Shown piece after piece: positions 39,037 through 48,199 of a stretch of 64,000 nt of DNA (the first letter of the stretch is position 1; each line of letters starts with the position of its first letter). The DNA comes from a virus. Its lineage: Duplodnaviria; Caudoviricetes. Location of the stretch: IMG/VR virus record IMGVR_UViG_3300042935_001404; one strand, given 5' to 3'. The notes beneath the pieces were generated by a model. That model had not been told where the DNA came from, searched no databases, and worked only from the letters and a program-made list of their open reading frames with translations. A program made the translations under genes and the position numbers.

Positions 39037-40427
39037 GTACATGGAACGAATTTTACAATCAGATACGTGATCCGTTGTGGCCCGATTGTGAAAATGAATA
39101 CGAGTTTAAATCTCTTCCAGAAAACATACAAAAAGAGTGCATTGAAATTTTTGGATATGCGCCAGGCTCTTTTAAAAATAAATCTAAATTACTTAATAAG
39201 AAATTTCCTATTGTAACTGATACCGCATGTCAACTTAAATGGACGTGGAGTACTATATTTCTATCCACTGGCAAAACTGCCAGTTGTCACAGAACAAACC
39301 ATCATAAATTTAACACAGATACGTTTGAATTTCACAATACACCGAGCAAATTAGATGATCGTACTAACATGCTCAACGGGGAATGGCCCAACATTGGATG
39401 TGACTATTGTAAAAACATCGAAAAAGCAGGCGGACAAAGTGATAGGATTACCAACTTGGATTTTCCTGGGATTCATGCGCCACCAGAATTAGACCAAGAC
39501 CCAACAGCAATTCATGTCACTCCGAGAATACTTGAAGTTTATTTTGATAATACATGCAATTTAAAATGTCTTTATTGTGGCCCACATTTCAGTAGCTTGT
39601 GGGATGCAGAAAATATTAAATTTGGAGATGCTGCATTTCTTAAAGATGCAAACTTGGAACACAACAAGAAAAAGTTATTTGAATGGTTAAAAATCAACGG
39701 TCACAATCTTTCAGTATTTAATATACTAGGCGGTGAACCACTTTATCAAGAAGAATTAGAACAATGCTTGACATTATTTGAACAACATCCATCGCCTGAA
39801 TTAAAAATACAAATTTTTACCAATTTAAATATTAAACTGTCACGTTTGCAAAAAATTATTGATCGCATTAAACAATTAATTGATAATAACTGTATTAGAG
39901 AATTTGAAATTACTGCCAGTCTTGACTGCTGGGGACCGCAACAAGAGTATGTTAGGTATCCGTTAGATCTTCAGGAATGGGAAAAAAACTTTGAATACTT
40001 ACTAAGTAACTCCTGGATAAATTTAATTGTAAGTTCCACTGTTACTCCTCTAACTATTAAAACACTTCCAGATTTATTGATAAAAATTGCCCAATGGAAT
40101 AAAGTCAGAACAGTATATCATTATCAAAATTCAGTCAACGACCCAGGCTATATGTTTATTGATATATTTGGAGATATATTTAAAGATGATTTTGATCAAA
40201 TAATTAAATTAAAACCAGCAAACACACCGGAAGAAATATCTAGTAGAGATTACCTAATAGGCATAGCAAAACAAAGTCAGTCGGTTGCTCCTGACGTTTT
40301 TAAAATTGGTCAATTGTTTAATTTTTTAAATAAAATGGATCTACGAAGAAATACCAGTTGGAAGTTTACATTTCCTTGGTTAATTGATGAATTTAAAAAA
40401 TATGACCTACACACAGAAAGCAATTGA
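39033..40427 (+). CDS. Radical SAM enzyme with N-terminal Twitch/SPASM-like domain and extra ~55-aa N-terminal module (rSAM-4)
   Basis: CNLKCLYC, NILGGEPLY; ACQLKW...SCHRT...GCDYC. Confidence 0.9.
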   Translation: MSTWNEFYNQIRDPLWPDCENEYEFKSLPENIQKECIEIFGYAPGSFKNKSKLLNKKFPIVTDTACQLKWTWSTIFLSTGKTASCHRTNHHKFNTDTFEFHNTPSKLDDRTNMLNGEWPNIGCDYCKNIEKAGGQSDRITNLDFPGIHAPPELDQDPTAIHVTPRILEVYFDNTCNLKCLYCGPHFSSLWDAENIKFGDAAFLKDANLEHNKKKLFEWLKINGHNLSVFNILGGEPLYQEELEQCLTLFEQHPSPELKIQIFTNLNIKLSRLQKIIDRIKQLIDNNCIREFEITASLDCWGPQQEYVRYPLDLQEWEKNFEYLLSNSWINLIVSSTVTPLTIKTLPDLLIKIAQWNKVRTVYHYQNSVNDPGYMFIDIFGDIFKDDFDQIIKLKPANTPEEISSRDYLIGIAKQSQSVAPDVFKIGQLFNFLNKMDLRRNTSWKFTFPWLIDEFKKYDLHTESN

Positions 40428-41009
40428 ATGAAGGGACTAGCATTAGGATGTAGTCACACTGCAGGAGTAGGAGTATCGGCAACAGAATGTTATGTTTCTT
40501 TGTTGTCGACGCATTATAACTGCGAGATTATTAATACTGCTGTGCCAGGCGGAAATGCAGAAAACTGTTTAAAACACCTAGTAGCACAGTTACGTGCAAG
40601 AACTCCAGATTTTGTAATAGCACAATGGCCAAATCCCATTAGACGAACACTTTGGATTAATAACAAACCTCAGTGTGAAACTATACAAAGTTCTAGTACT
40701 ACGTTTCATTTGTTGTTAAAGTCAGGAATTGACAATTTTATTCAGCCTTGGTTGCAGTGTATTATTACTGCAGATACTTTATGTAAGTTTGCCAGAATTA
40801 AAATTGTGCATATTATGCTAGAAGATTTAGATTCTAAATATGTTGATGTTCTACATAACAATGATATAACATTACATAGAGATTTAAAAAAACCTGGGCA
40901 AACATGGTTATTTGATTCAGCCGGGTCAGACAACCTACATCACTCACCACGTTGTCACGCCCAATGGGCAGAACGATTAATTGGACTATTAAATGAACAT
41001 ACCACATGA
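40428..41009 (+). CDS. SGNH/GDSL-fold hydrolase or acyltransferase-like protein
   Basis: LGCSHTAG, NTAVPGGN, DNLHHS. Confidence 0.65.
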   Translation: MKGLALGCSHTAGVGVSATECYVSLLSTHYNCEIINTAVPGGNAENCLKHLVAQLRARTPDFVIAQWPNPIRRTLWINNKPQCETIQSSSTTFHLLLKSGIDNFIQPWLQCIITADTLCKFARIKIVHIMLEDLDSKYVDVLHNNDITLHRDLKKPGQTWLFDSAGSDNLHHSPRCHAQWAERLIGLLNEHTT

Positions 41010-42213
41010 CACTTTTTGCGTGTTGCCTTGGATCTCACTGGAGGCCAGTCCTGTTGGGACTGTACGTCCTTGCTGTCTGGCCATGGACGAAATCACTGAC
41101 AGCAACGGAGACAAATATAAACTAGCAACAACTGGATTGGGCGAAATACAAAATAGCCGAGCAATGAAAACTCTGCGAGAAGACTTTCTTGCTGGTAAAA
41201 AACCGCAGAACTGCCGTCGTTGCTGGAATGAAGAACGTGCCGGTCGTACCAGCAAACGTATGCACACACTGGACAGACTCAAGCACATGATCGATCGTGA
41301 TGTTGATTGGACCCAGGATGCAATGCCATTGATGTTCCTGGATCTTAAACTAGGCAACATTTGTAATTTAAAATGTCGTATTTGCGGCTCGTGGAGTAGT
41401 AGTCAGTTTGCCGCAGAAGAAATCAAATACAATCGTGCTGAAGATACTCGTGGTAGCTTTGCGTATCAGATGCTTCGAGACGGCGCCTGGCCCAGAGAAA
41501 GTGTAGAGTTTTGGACGGACCTGGACCAACACTTGGACAACATACGCTACATTGAGTTCACCGGTGGCGAGCCTTTTATGATTCAAGAGCATTTTCAACT
41601 GCTACAAAAATTAGTAGACACTGGCCGTGCAGCACAAGTTGAAATACACTACAACACCAATGGTACACAGTATCCAGAAGAAGGCGAAGCCATCTGGAAA
41701 CACTTCAAGAATGTTGAAATTGCCATCAGCATCGACGATGTAGCAGAACGGTTTGAATACCAGCGTACCAATGCTGTGTGGTACGAAGTGGTTGAGAATG
41801 TAGAGCGTTTTCGCCAACTACGCAGTCGTAACAGTAACATCACATTACAGGCCTGTTGCACTATCAACGTGTTCAATGTGTACTATCTTGAAACTGTGGC
41901 CAATTGGTTAATACAACAGGGATTTGATTTTATCTACTGGAACATGATGCACGATGCCTATTACTTTAGTATTAGTACATTGCCAGAATCAGCCAAAGCA
42001 GAAATCACTACAAAACTAACCTCTGCAACTGTTCCGCCTAAGATACTTAAAGAGTTTGTCAGTGCGGCCGAGTTTATGAATCGTGGCAACAGTCTAGATG
42101 GACATTTGTTACGTATGAATCTACGTGACCTTGACCATAAGAGAAAGCAAAACTTAGCACAAGTGGCACCAGAGTTTGCGGCATTGATCGACTATGACTA
42201 CAACAAAACCTGA
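40993..42213 (+). CDS. Radical SAM enzyme with N-terminal Twitch/SPASM-like domain (rSAM-5)
   Basis: CNLKCRIC, EFTGGEPFM; FCVLPW...RPCC...NCRRCW. Confidence 0.9.
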   Translation: MNIPHDTFCVLPWISLEASPVGTVRPCCLAMDEITDSNGDKYKLATTGLGEIQNSRAMKTLREDFLAGKKPQNCRRCWNEERAGRTSKRMHTLDRLKHMIDRDVDWTQDAMPLMFLDLKLGNICNLKCRICGSWSSSQFAAEEIKYNRAEDTRGSFAYQMLRDGAWPRESVEFWTDLDQHLDNIRYIEFTGGEPFMIQEHFQLLQKLVDTGRAAQVEIHYNTNGTQYPEEGEAIWKHFKNVEIAISIDDVAERFEYQRTNAVWYEVVENVERFRQLRSRNSNITLQACCTINVFNVYYLETVANWLIQQGFDFIYWNMMHDAYYFSISTLPESAKAEITTKLTSATVPPKILKEFVSAAEFMNRGNSLDGHLLRMNLRDLDHKRKQNLAQVAPEFAALIDYDYNKT

Positions 42214-43492
42214 CATACTGTGCATGGCGCCATGGACACACACGTATCTAAGTCCACAAACAGAACGGCGTATGTGTTGTGCGTCGAGAGAACCTGCGCA
42301 GAGTTTTGAACAGTACATCGACACCGGTGCTGGAACAGGACGTTACACTCCTATTACTTTGGATCAACACTGGAACGGTGAGCACATGCGATCAGTGCGA
42401 CGTCGCATGATGTCTGGCGAAACATTGCCCGAATGCGATGTATGCAATAGCAAATTGCTAAACACCGACGTTTATCGTAGTTATTTTTGGCATTTGTTCC
42501 GACACAAGTATGACGATGTTGTTGCTTCAACAGATGACACCGGGTATACCACAATGAAACCTGTAAGCTGGGACTATCGTTTTAGTAATCTTTGTAACTT
42601 TAAATGCAGAACCTGTGGTGATATGCTATCCAGTGCCTGGGAAACAGAACAAAAAACACATGACATGATCAACTGGCACAATCCTAAAAACAATTGGATG
42701 CGATCAGATGTACGTCAAGAAATAACTAAGTTTCAGGATAAACAAATTGAGGCAGAATTTGCCGACGCAGTTGAACAACATCGTGTAGAAGAAGTATACT
42801 GGGTAGGCGGCGAACCATTGATGTATGAACAGCACTGGCGCTACATGAAAAGAATAGTAGAACTTGGAGATGGAGAAAGAGTATATGCTAGGTACAACAC
42901 CAATCTTAGTCGCATTGAGTATCGTGGCATTAATTTATATCGTGATATTTTATCTAATATACGCGACTGGCAGATTTGCGCTTCCTTGGACGGAACAGAA
43001 GATATCGGAGAATACATACGTACAGGTTTGGAGTATGTATCCTTTTTAAATAATTTTGAGCAAGGACTAGCTTATCAAAAGAACCGAAGACAAATGCGTC
43101 TAGACTTTACACTAACACTGCCCGGAATGTTTGAGATTATCAAAATGGAAAAGTTAGCGCAAAAGTATAATGTAGAGTTGCTGGCCAAAGTGATATTCAG
43201 TTTCGGTCCTGATATTGTTATGAGTCCATTATCATTGCCACGTGATTTACTAGAACCCTGGATTGACGAGTTATTGCCGCAATGTCACACACAAGTAATG
43301 CGAAACATGCTTGCTCAATTGCGCACTCGCCCTACGTTTGCTGAACAATGGCCAGATCAATATGCCGCAGGCATTGCAAAAGGCAAAGCTCGTGTGTTAA
43401 AATTAGAACAGATACGTACACAACCAGTCACAATGACAGACATACTGAGCACCCGGCCTGATGTATTAACGTGGTGGATGAATATACAATGA
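42194..43492 (+). CDS. Radical SAM enzyme with N-terminal Twitch/SPASM-like domain (rSAM-6)
   Basis: CNFKCRTC, YWVGGEPLM; LCMAPW...RMCC...ECDVC. Confidence 0.9.
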   Translation: MTTTKPDILCMAPWTHTYLSPQTERRMCCASREPAQSFEQYIDTGAGTGRYTPITLDQHWNGEHMRSVRRRMMSGETLPECDVCNSKLLNTDVYRSYFWHLFRHKYDDVVASTDDTGYTTMKPVSWDYRFSNLCNFKCRTCGDMLSSAWETEQKTHDMINWHNPKNNWMRSDVRQEITKFQDKQIEAEFADAVEQHRVEEVYWVGGEPLMYEQHWRYMKRIVELGDGERVYARYNTNLSRIEYRGINLYRDILSNIRDWQICASLDGTEDIGEYIRTGLEYVSFLNNFEQGLAYQKNRRQMRLDFTLTLPGMFEIIKMEKLAQKYNVELLAKVIFSFGPDIVMSPLSLPRDLLEPWIDELLPQCHTQVMRNMLAQLRTRPTFAEQWPDQYAAGIAKGKARVLKLEQIRTQPVTMTDILSTRPDVLTWWMNIQ

Positions 43493-44532
43493 TAGATCAA
43501 ATTGAAATTACTTTAAAAGGCAATGACAACAGCACTACGACAGTGTGGATTGATGTTGCAGATAACAGCTTGAGTCACAAATGGCTTGCCGCATTAAATA
43601 CCCTAATCCGTAACAATTATCATTTGGAAAAGAATTACTGTTTTTTTGGATTTGTGCAAAGTCAACGCAACGCAGAATACTTAACCGAACAAATGAACAG
43701 TAGTATTGCTGCCATTAATGCTGCCAACATTGGATATCATATTGACGATTATTTTTCAACTGCTAATACTATTGCGCCCGATGTAAAGTTAATACATGAT
43801 AAGTTAAACTATCTACATCGTTACTTTGAAGATTTGCAAGGTATATCGGGTGCAATGAGTCCTTTTTATACCAAAGCAGATCCCGTGACACGATGGCATA
43901 TAAGACAATTAAATTTGTTATGTCATGAATACGAAAGTCTTGTTCTCAGTATGCGCAAAGCACTTTATACACCTGAATGGCAACGACCTAGTCAACTCAT
44001 GTGTTGGTTACACGCACCGCGATTTGTGTTAGATGAACAAGATTATGAACTGTTTGGAGTTGAAACAATCAATAGGCCACTGGGTGGAGTTTTTGTAGGC
44101 GTAAATAAAGCTGTAGGCAAACACCATTGGGAAGTGTTCAATGATGAAGGACGAGACAGCCGTGTAGGAGAGTTAATAACTACAACGCTAAAACCACAAA
44201 CAGAAGCCGCCGGCGACTTTGACATTGAATGGGCCAACAATCCTGGCACATTTCCGTGGCAGCAAAAAACCTTGACAGATTTTAGAGTATGGTTAACAAA
44301 CAACGGGTTTGATCCAGAAGATAAAAGTCTAACCATTGGACATCCGCAGGTGGCACAGGTAGATTTAATCCGTAGTTTTGGAACAGATAACTATGTAGAT
44401 ATATGGAACACCTTAGGAAGTCATCTTAACGTGCATAAAATACGCACCAGTGATGCAACAGCTACATACAGTTATAATTGGACAGATGCAGATTATGCAG
44501 ATCAACAAATTAAAATAATACAAGGGACATGA
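43489..44532 (+). CDS. Hypothetical protein (347 aa)
   Basis: Long ORF with ATGA coupling; His-containing segments (LNYLHRYFE, LLCHEYE); no family recognised. Confidence 0.7.
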   Translation: MIDQIEITLKGNDNSTTTVWIDVADNSLSHKWLAALNTLIRNNYHLEKNYCFFGFVQSQRNAEYLTEQMNSSIAAINAANIGYHIDDYFSTANTIAPDVKLIHDKLNYLHRYFEDLQGISGAMSPFYTKADPVTRWHIRQLNLLCHEYESLVLSMRKALYTPEWQRPSQLMCWLHAPRFVLDEQDYELFGVETINRPLGGVFVGVNKAVGKHHWEVFNDEGRDSRVGELITTTLKPQTEAAGDFDIEWANNPGTFPWQQKTLTDFRVWLTNNGFDPEDKSLTIGHPQVAQVDLIRSFGTDNYVDIWNTLGSHLNVHKIRTSDATATYSYNWTDADYADQQIKIIQGT

Positions 44533-44533
44533 T

Positions 44534-44635
44534 ATGAACTGGATTAAAAATTTATACAATCGTATTCGTTTAGAAATACGCTATCGTAAAAAACTAAAAG
44601 AACTACGTAAACGAGATCCTTTTATCTACAAATGA
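44534..44635 (+). CDS. 33-aa basic peptide not in the ORF track (MNWIKNLYNRIRLEIRYRKKLKELRKRDPFIYK)
   Basis: Fills the gap exactly and is ATGA-coupled to the carbamoyltransferase. Confidence 0.7.
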   Translation: MNWIKNLYNRIRLEIRYRKKLKELRKRDPFIYK

Positions 44636-46143
44636 AGTTGAAAACATATTTGGGTGTCAGTGCCGGGTTTCACGATGCCGCTGTGAGTGTAATTCAGTCT
44701 GACGGCAGTGTACTTTTTGCCGGGCATGCAGAACGCTACAGCAAAAACAAAAACGATGCACATCTAAATGATTCGATCATTGCAGAAGCAATGTCATACG
44801 CAACTCCGGATGTGATTGCATACTATGAACGTCCGTGGGTCAAAAAACTACAACAACTATATTCGGGACAATATGAGGAAGCCTTTGATTTTGGGAATTT
44901 TACTTTGGATCAGTATTTGCATAAACATCTATCTGATACTGTTCATCGGCAGCAACTACTACGATGCCCTAGAAAATATATGTCCCATCATCATAGTCAC
45001 GCCGCCGCAGGATTCCAATCCAGCCCCTATAACAGGGCCACAGTGGTTGTAATTGATGCCATTGGTGAATTAGACACCGTAACTATCTGGGGAGCAGAAT
45101 ATGATCGATCAGGCATGGCAACGTATAAAAAACTTTGGACACAGCGTTACCCACATTCAATTGGATTGTTCTACTCTGCGGCTACTGGCAGCGTTGGCCT
45201 ACGCCCACTAGACGAAGAATATATCTTGATGGGTATGGCCGCATATGGCAATGCTAGTCACGCTGTTAAAATGCAAGCATTGGTAGAAGATGTAGACACC
45301 ATACGCTTTTGTGAAAATCTACACACAGGAATAGACAGTCAATACCTGCAAGATTTAACTGAGTTTGATATTGCCGCAGGTGCACAAGCCATTGCGGAAC
45401 AATTGATCAACAGCGTGATGCGCAGAGCCAGAGACTTTGGCTGGAGCAACAACTTGGTCTACATGGGCGGTGTTGCTCTCAACTGTAGTGCTAACCGCAA
45501 CCTAGGAGAATACTTTGATAATATTTGGATTATGCCTTGTCCTGGTGACGCTGGCAGTAGTTTGGGCGCGGCAGCACTTGCATACGGAAAACAGATACAT
45601 TGGAAAAACGCCTATTTGGGTTGTGTTATTCCGGGTGCTTATCCTGTTGCTGATATTGTATCTTGCTTACTAAGCGATAAAATTGTTGGTGTTGCTAGTG
45701 GTCGTGCTGAGTTTGGCCCTAGGGCTCTCGGCAATAGGAGTTTATTAGCAGACCCGCGTGGTGCAGACATAAAGGATCGTGTAAATGATATTAAAAGACG
45801 ACAGCAATTCAGACCATTTGCGCCGGTTATTTTGGAGGAGCATGTTGATATGTATTTTGATATGCCTCATGGCTTCCATAACAGTAGGTATATGCAAGTC
45901 ATCGCTCGCTGTAGGCATCCTCACATATTTCCTGCTATCGTTCATAGGGACGGCACTAGTAGGGTACAGACTGTTCCTAAGGATGGCTCCGGAATAAGAC
46001 AACTGCTAGAAGAATGGTACAAGGCAACAGGTTGTCCTATGTTGCTTAACACAAGTCTTAACATACGTGGCGAACCCATGGTAAATGATCGTGCAGACGC
46101 AGATAGATTTGAACAATTATACGGAGTAAAAGTCTGCTCATGA
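44632..46143 (+). CDS. O-carbamoyltransferase, NodU/CmcH/TobZ family
   Basis: GFHDAAV, ERYSKNKND, HHHSHAAAG, MGGVALNC, GDAGSSLGAA, GRAEFGPRALGNRS, FRPFAP, LLNTSLN. Confidence 0.95.
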   Translation: MKLKTYLGVSAGFHDAAVSVIQSDGSVLFAGHAERYSKNKNDAHLNDSIIAEAMSYATPDVIAYYERPWVKKLQQLYSGQYEEAFDFGNFTLDQYLHKHLSDTVHRQQLLRCPRKYMSHHHSHAAAGFQSSPYNRATVVVIDAIGELDTVTIWGAEYDRSGMATYKKLWTQRYPHSIGLFYSAATGSVGLRPLDEEYILMGMAAYGNASHAVKMQALVEDVDTIRFCENLHTGIDSQYLQDLTEFDIAAGAQAIAEQLINSVMRRARDFGWSNNLVYMGGVALNCSANRNLGEYFDNIWIMPCPGDAGSSLGAAALAYGKQIHWKNAYLGCVIPGAYPVADIVSCLLSDKIVGVASGRAEFGPRALGNRSLLADPRGADIKDRVNDIKRRQQFRPFAPVILEEHVDMYFDMPHGFHNSRYMQVIARCRHPHIFPAIVHRDGTSRVQTVPKDGSGIRQLLEEWYKATGCPMLLNTSLNIRGEPMVNDRADADRFEQLYGVKVCS

Positions 46144-47405
46144 CTGATAAACAAGTATTTCCAATCAAAACAGACACAGGATGCTTGCTCAAGTGGGCCT
46201 GGAGCACTGTGTACTTAAATCAAGGCACAAGTGCTAGTTGTCACCGTACAGACCAACAACCCATACCTCCAGACAACTTTGAAAGTTTTCATAATCTGCC
46301 AAACAAAATAGAAGCCAGGCAAATGATGTTGCGTGGCGAATGGCCACAGGGTGGTTGTCAGTACTGCGAAAAGATTGAAACAGCTGGCGGCATGAGCGAC
46401 AGACAATATCAATTACATGCTCGTCATGACCTGGATCGTACTCCGCACGAGTTGTTTAAAGATCCAACTACGTTGGAAGTTGTACCTACCATATTAGAAG
46501 TATATTTCAACAATGTATGCAACATGGCCTGCTTGTATTGCGGCAGTCACTTTAGTACAAAATGGGAAGAAGAGAACCGACGATTTGGTGTGTTTACACA
46601 AGGCAATGTAAACTTTGGGCACAACACACAATCTAATCCCAACTATGAGCGCATGCTGGCAGACTTTTGGCGCTACCTGGAAGAGAAAGATCGTTACAAA
46701 CACATACGCTACTATCAAATACTGGGTGGCGAGCCTTTCTTCCAGGATGAGTTTGACATCAGCATGGACTTCTGGGAAAGTCATCCCAATCCAGAACTTA
46801 CATTTAACATTATTACCAACCTAAAGGTACCACCTAAAAAGTTCCAAGCCTACATTGATCGCTTTGGCAAGATGGTTGAGTCTGGCGCACTAAAACGATT
46901 GCAAATCACAGGTAGTATAGATGCCTGGGGACCACAAGAAGAATATGTGCGGTGGGGATTAGACTTGGCCGAGTGGACAGAAAACTGGGAATATCTACTA
47001 GACAAAGACTGGGTTGTGATGTGCGTGAACAGTGCAGTGTCGGCATTGACAATTAAAACAGCACCTGAGCTAGTGGAAAAGATAAACGAGTGGAACGATC
47101 GTCGCAATCCGTGGAATCCTATTAGCTACAGTTTCATGAGTGTGATGACCCCGCCTGAAATGGTTCCAGACATATTTGGACCAGGCGTGTTTGAACAGGA
47201 CTTTGCACGTTTACTGGCCGCAATGCGAGAACGCAATCCCAGCGAAGTCAGTGCTAAAGAACACATGCGTGGCATTATGAAACAGATTGTAGCAGGACCT
47301 CGCAACGCAGAACGTATTGCTGATTTGAAAGTTTATCTGACTGAAATAGATCGACGTCGTGTCACTGATTGGAAACTGTTGTTTCCGTGGCTGATAGAAC
47401 TATAA
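46140..47405 (+). CDS. Radical SAM enzyme with N-terminal Twitch/SPASM-like domain (rSAM-7)
   Basis: CNMACLYC, QILGGEPFF; GCLLKW...SCHRT...GCQYC; closest to rSAM-4. Confidence 0.9.
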   Translation: MTDKQVFPIKTDTGCLLKWAWSTVYLNQGTSASCHRTDQQPIPPDNFESFHNLPNKIEARQMMLRGEWPQGGCQYCEKIETAGGMSDRQYQLHARHDLDRTPHELFKDPTTLEVVPTILEVYFNNVCNMACLYCGSHFSTKWEEENRRFGVFTQGNVNFGHNTQSNPNYERMLADFWRYLEEKDRYKHIRYYQILGGEPFFQDEFDISMDFWESHPNPELTFNIITNLKVPPKKFQAYIDRFGKMVESGALKRLQITGSIDAWGPQEEYVRWGLDLAEWTENWEYLLDKDWVVMCVNSAVSALTIKTAPELVEKINEWNDRRNPWNPISYSFMSVMTPPEMVPDIFGPGVFEQDFARLLAAMRERNPSEVSAKEHMRGIMKQIVAGPRNAERIADLKVYLTEIDRRRVTDWKLLFPWLIEL

Positions 47406-48199
47406 TAGTCTAGGTTGCTGGGTGCGGACCGTTGGTTGTCCATCTGTTCAAGATCTAATGCTGCCAACACATCCTTACTAGTGGTTGGTTCACGCAATGC
47501 TCGGCCTTGTACATGAATCAAGTCCTGTGCTTGATTATAATGCCAACCCGGATCAATTAGTTCTAACCTATTATTTAATAATACGCCAATACTGGTAAAA
47601 ACACACTTAGGTGGAATTAACAAATTTTTAACGTTGTCAAATTGTTCCAAGGATATTGCGTTTATTAATGATGTCAGCCCAATAGGTCGATCCTGGAAGC
47701 ACAGTTCAAATGCTCCGCCGCATAGATATACATTTTCAACGTCAGGATACTGTGAATTGAGCAAATATACCACCTGGTCCAGAGTCCAGGCCGCAAACAT
47801 TTTCTGATCCTGTCTGAGAGGCATAGTTAACACAGCCGGATTAGTGACTGGTGTATCATGAAGTATAAATTGATTTACAACAGGTCCATGATGGTTGTCA
47901 GAGATTATCTGTGCATGTTCTTGTGCCAACCAGGCTGAACCTGTGTAGGCTGGAACAGCAGGATTGAGATCGGGATTGAACACCTGTCTACTGTTGTGCC
48001 AAATTGGCGATTCTATTGGCGTTGCTGATGTTCCGTGCAATTCGTATTCTGTGTAAGATGCAACCACTATGCACTTTACAAAATCTTGTTGAATAAACTC
48101 GGCTAAGTGTTTAAACATTTGATGCGGCCGATGGCCAACTGGATCTAGCCATGCATCAATGACAATAACCGCACTTGGAGTTCGAAACTTACTGGACAT
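47333..48199 (-). CDS. Cysteine hydrolase (isochorismatase)-like protein
   Basis: AVIVIDAW near the N-terminus and VYLCGGAFELCFQDRPIG resemble the catalytic Asp and Cys segments. Confidence 0.45.
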   Translation of the reverse strand: MSSKFRTPSAVIVIDAWLDPVGHRPHQMFKHLAEFIQQDFVKCIVVASYTEYELHGTSATPIESPIWHNSRQVFNPDLNPAVPAYTGSAWLAQEHAQIISDNHHGPVVNQFILHDTPVTNPAVLTMPLRQDQKMFAAWTLDQVVYLLNSQYPDVENVYLCGGAFELCFQDRPIGLTSLINAISLEQFDNVKNLLIPPKCVFTSIGVLLNNRLELIDPGWHYNQAQDLIHVQGRALREPTTSKDVLAALDLEQMDNQRSAPSNLDYYSSISHGNNSFQSVTRRRSISVR

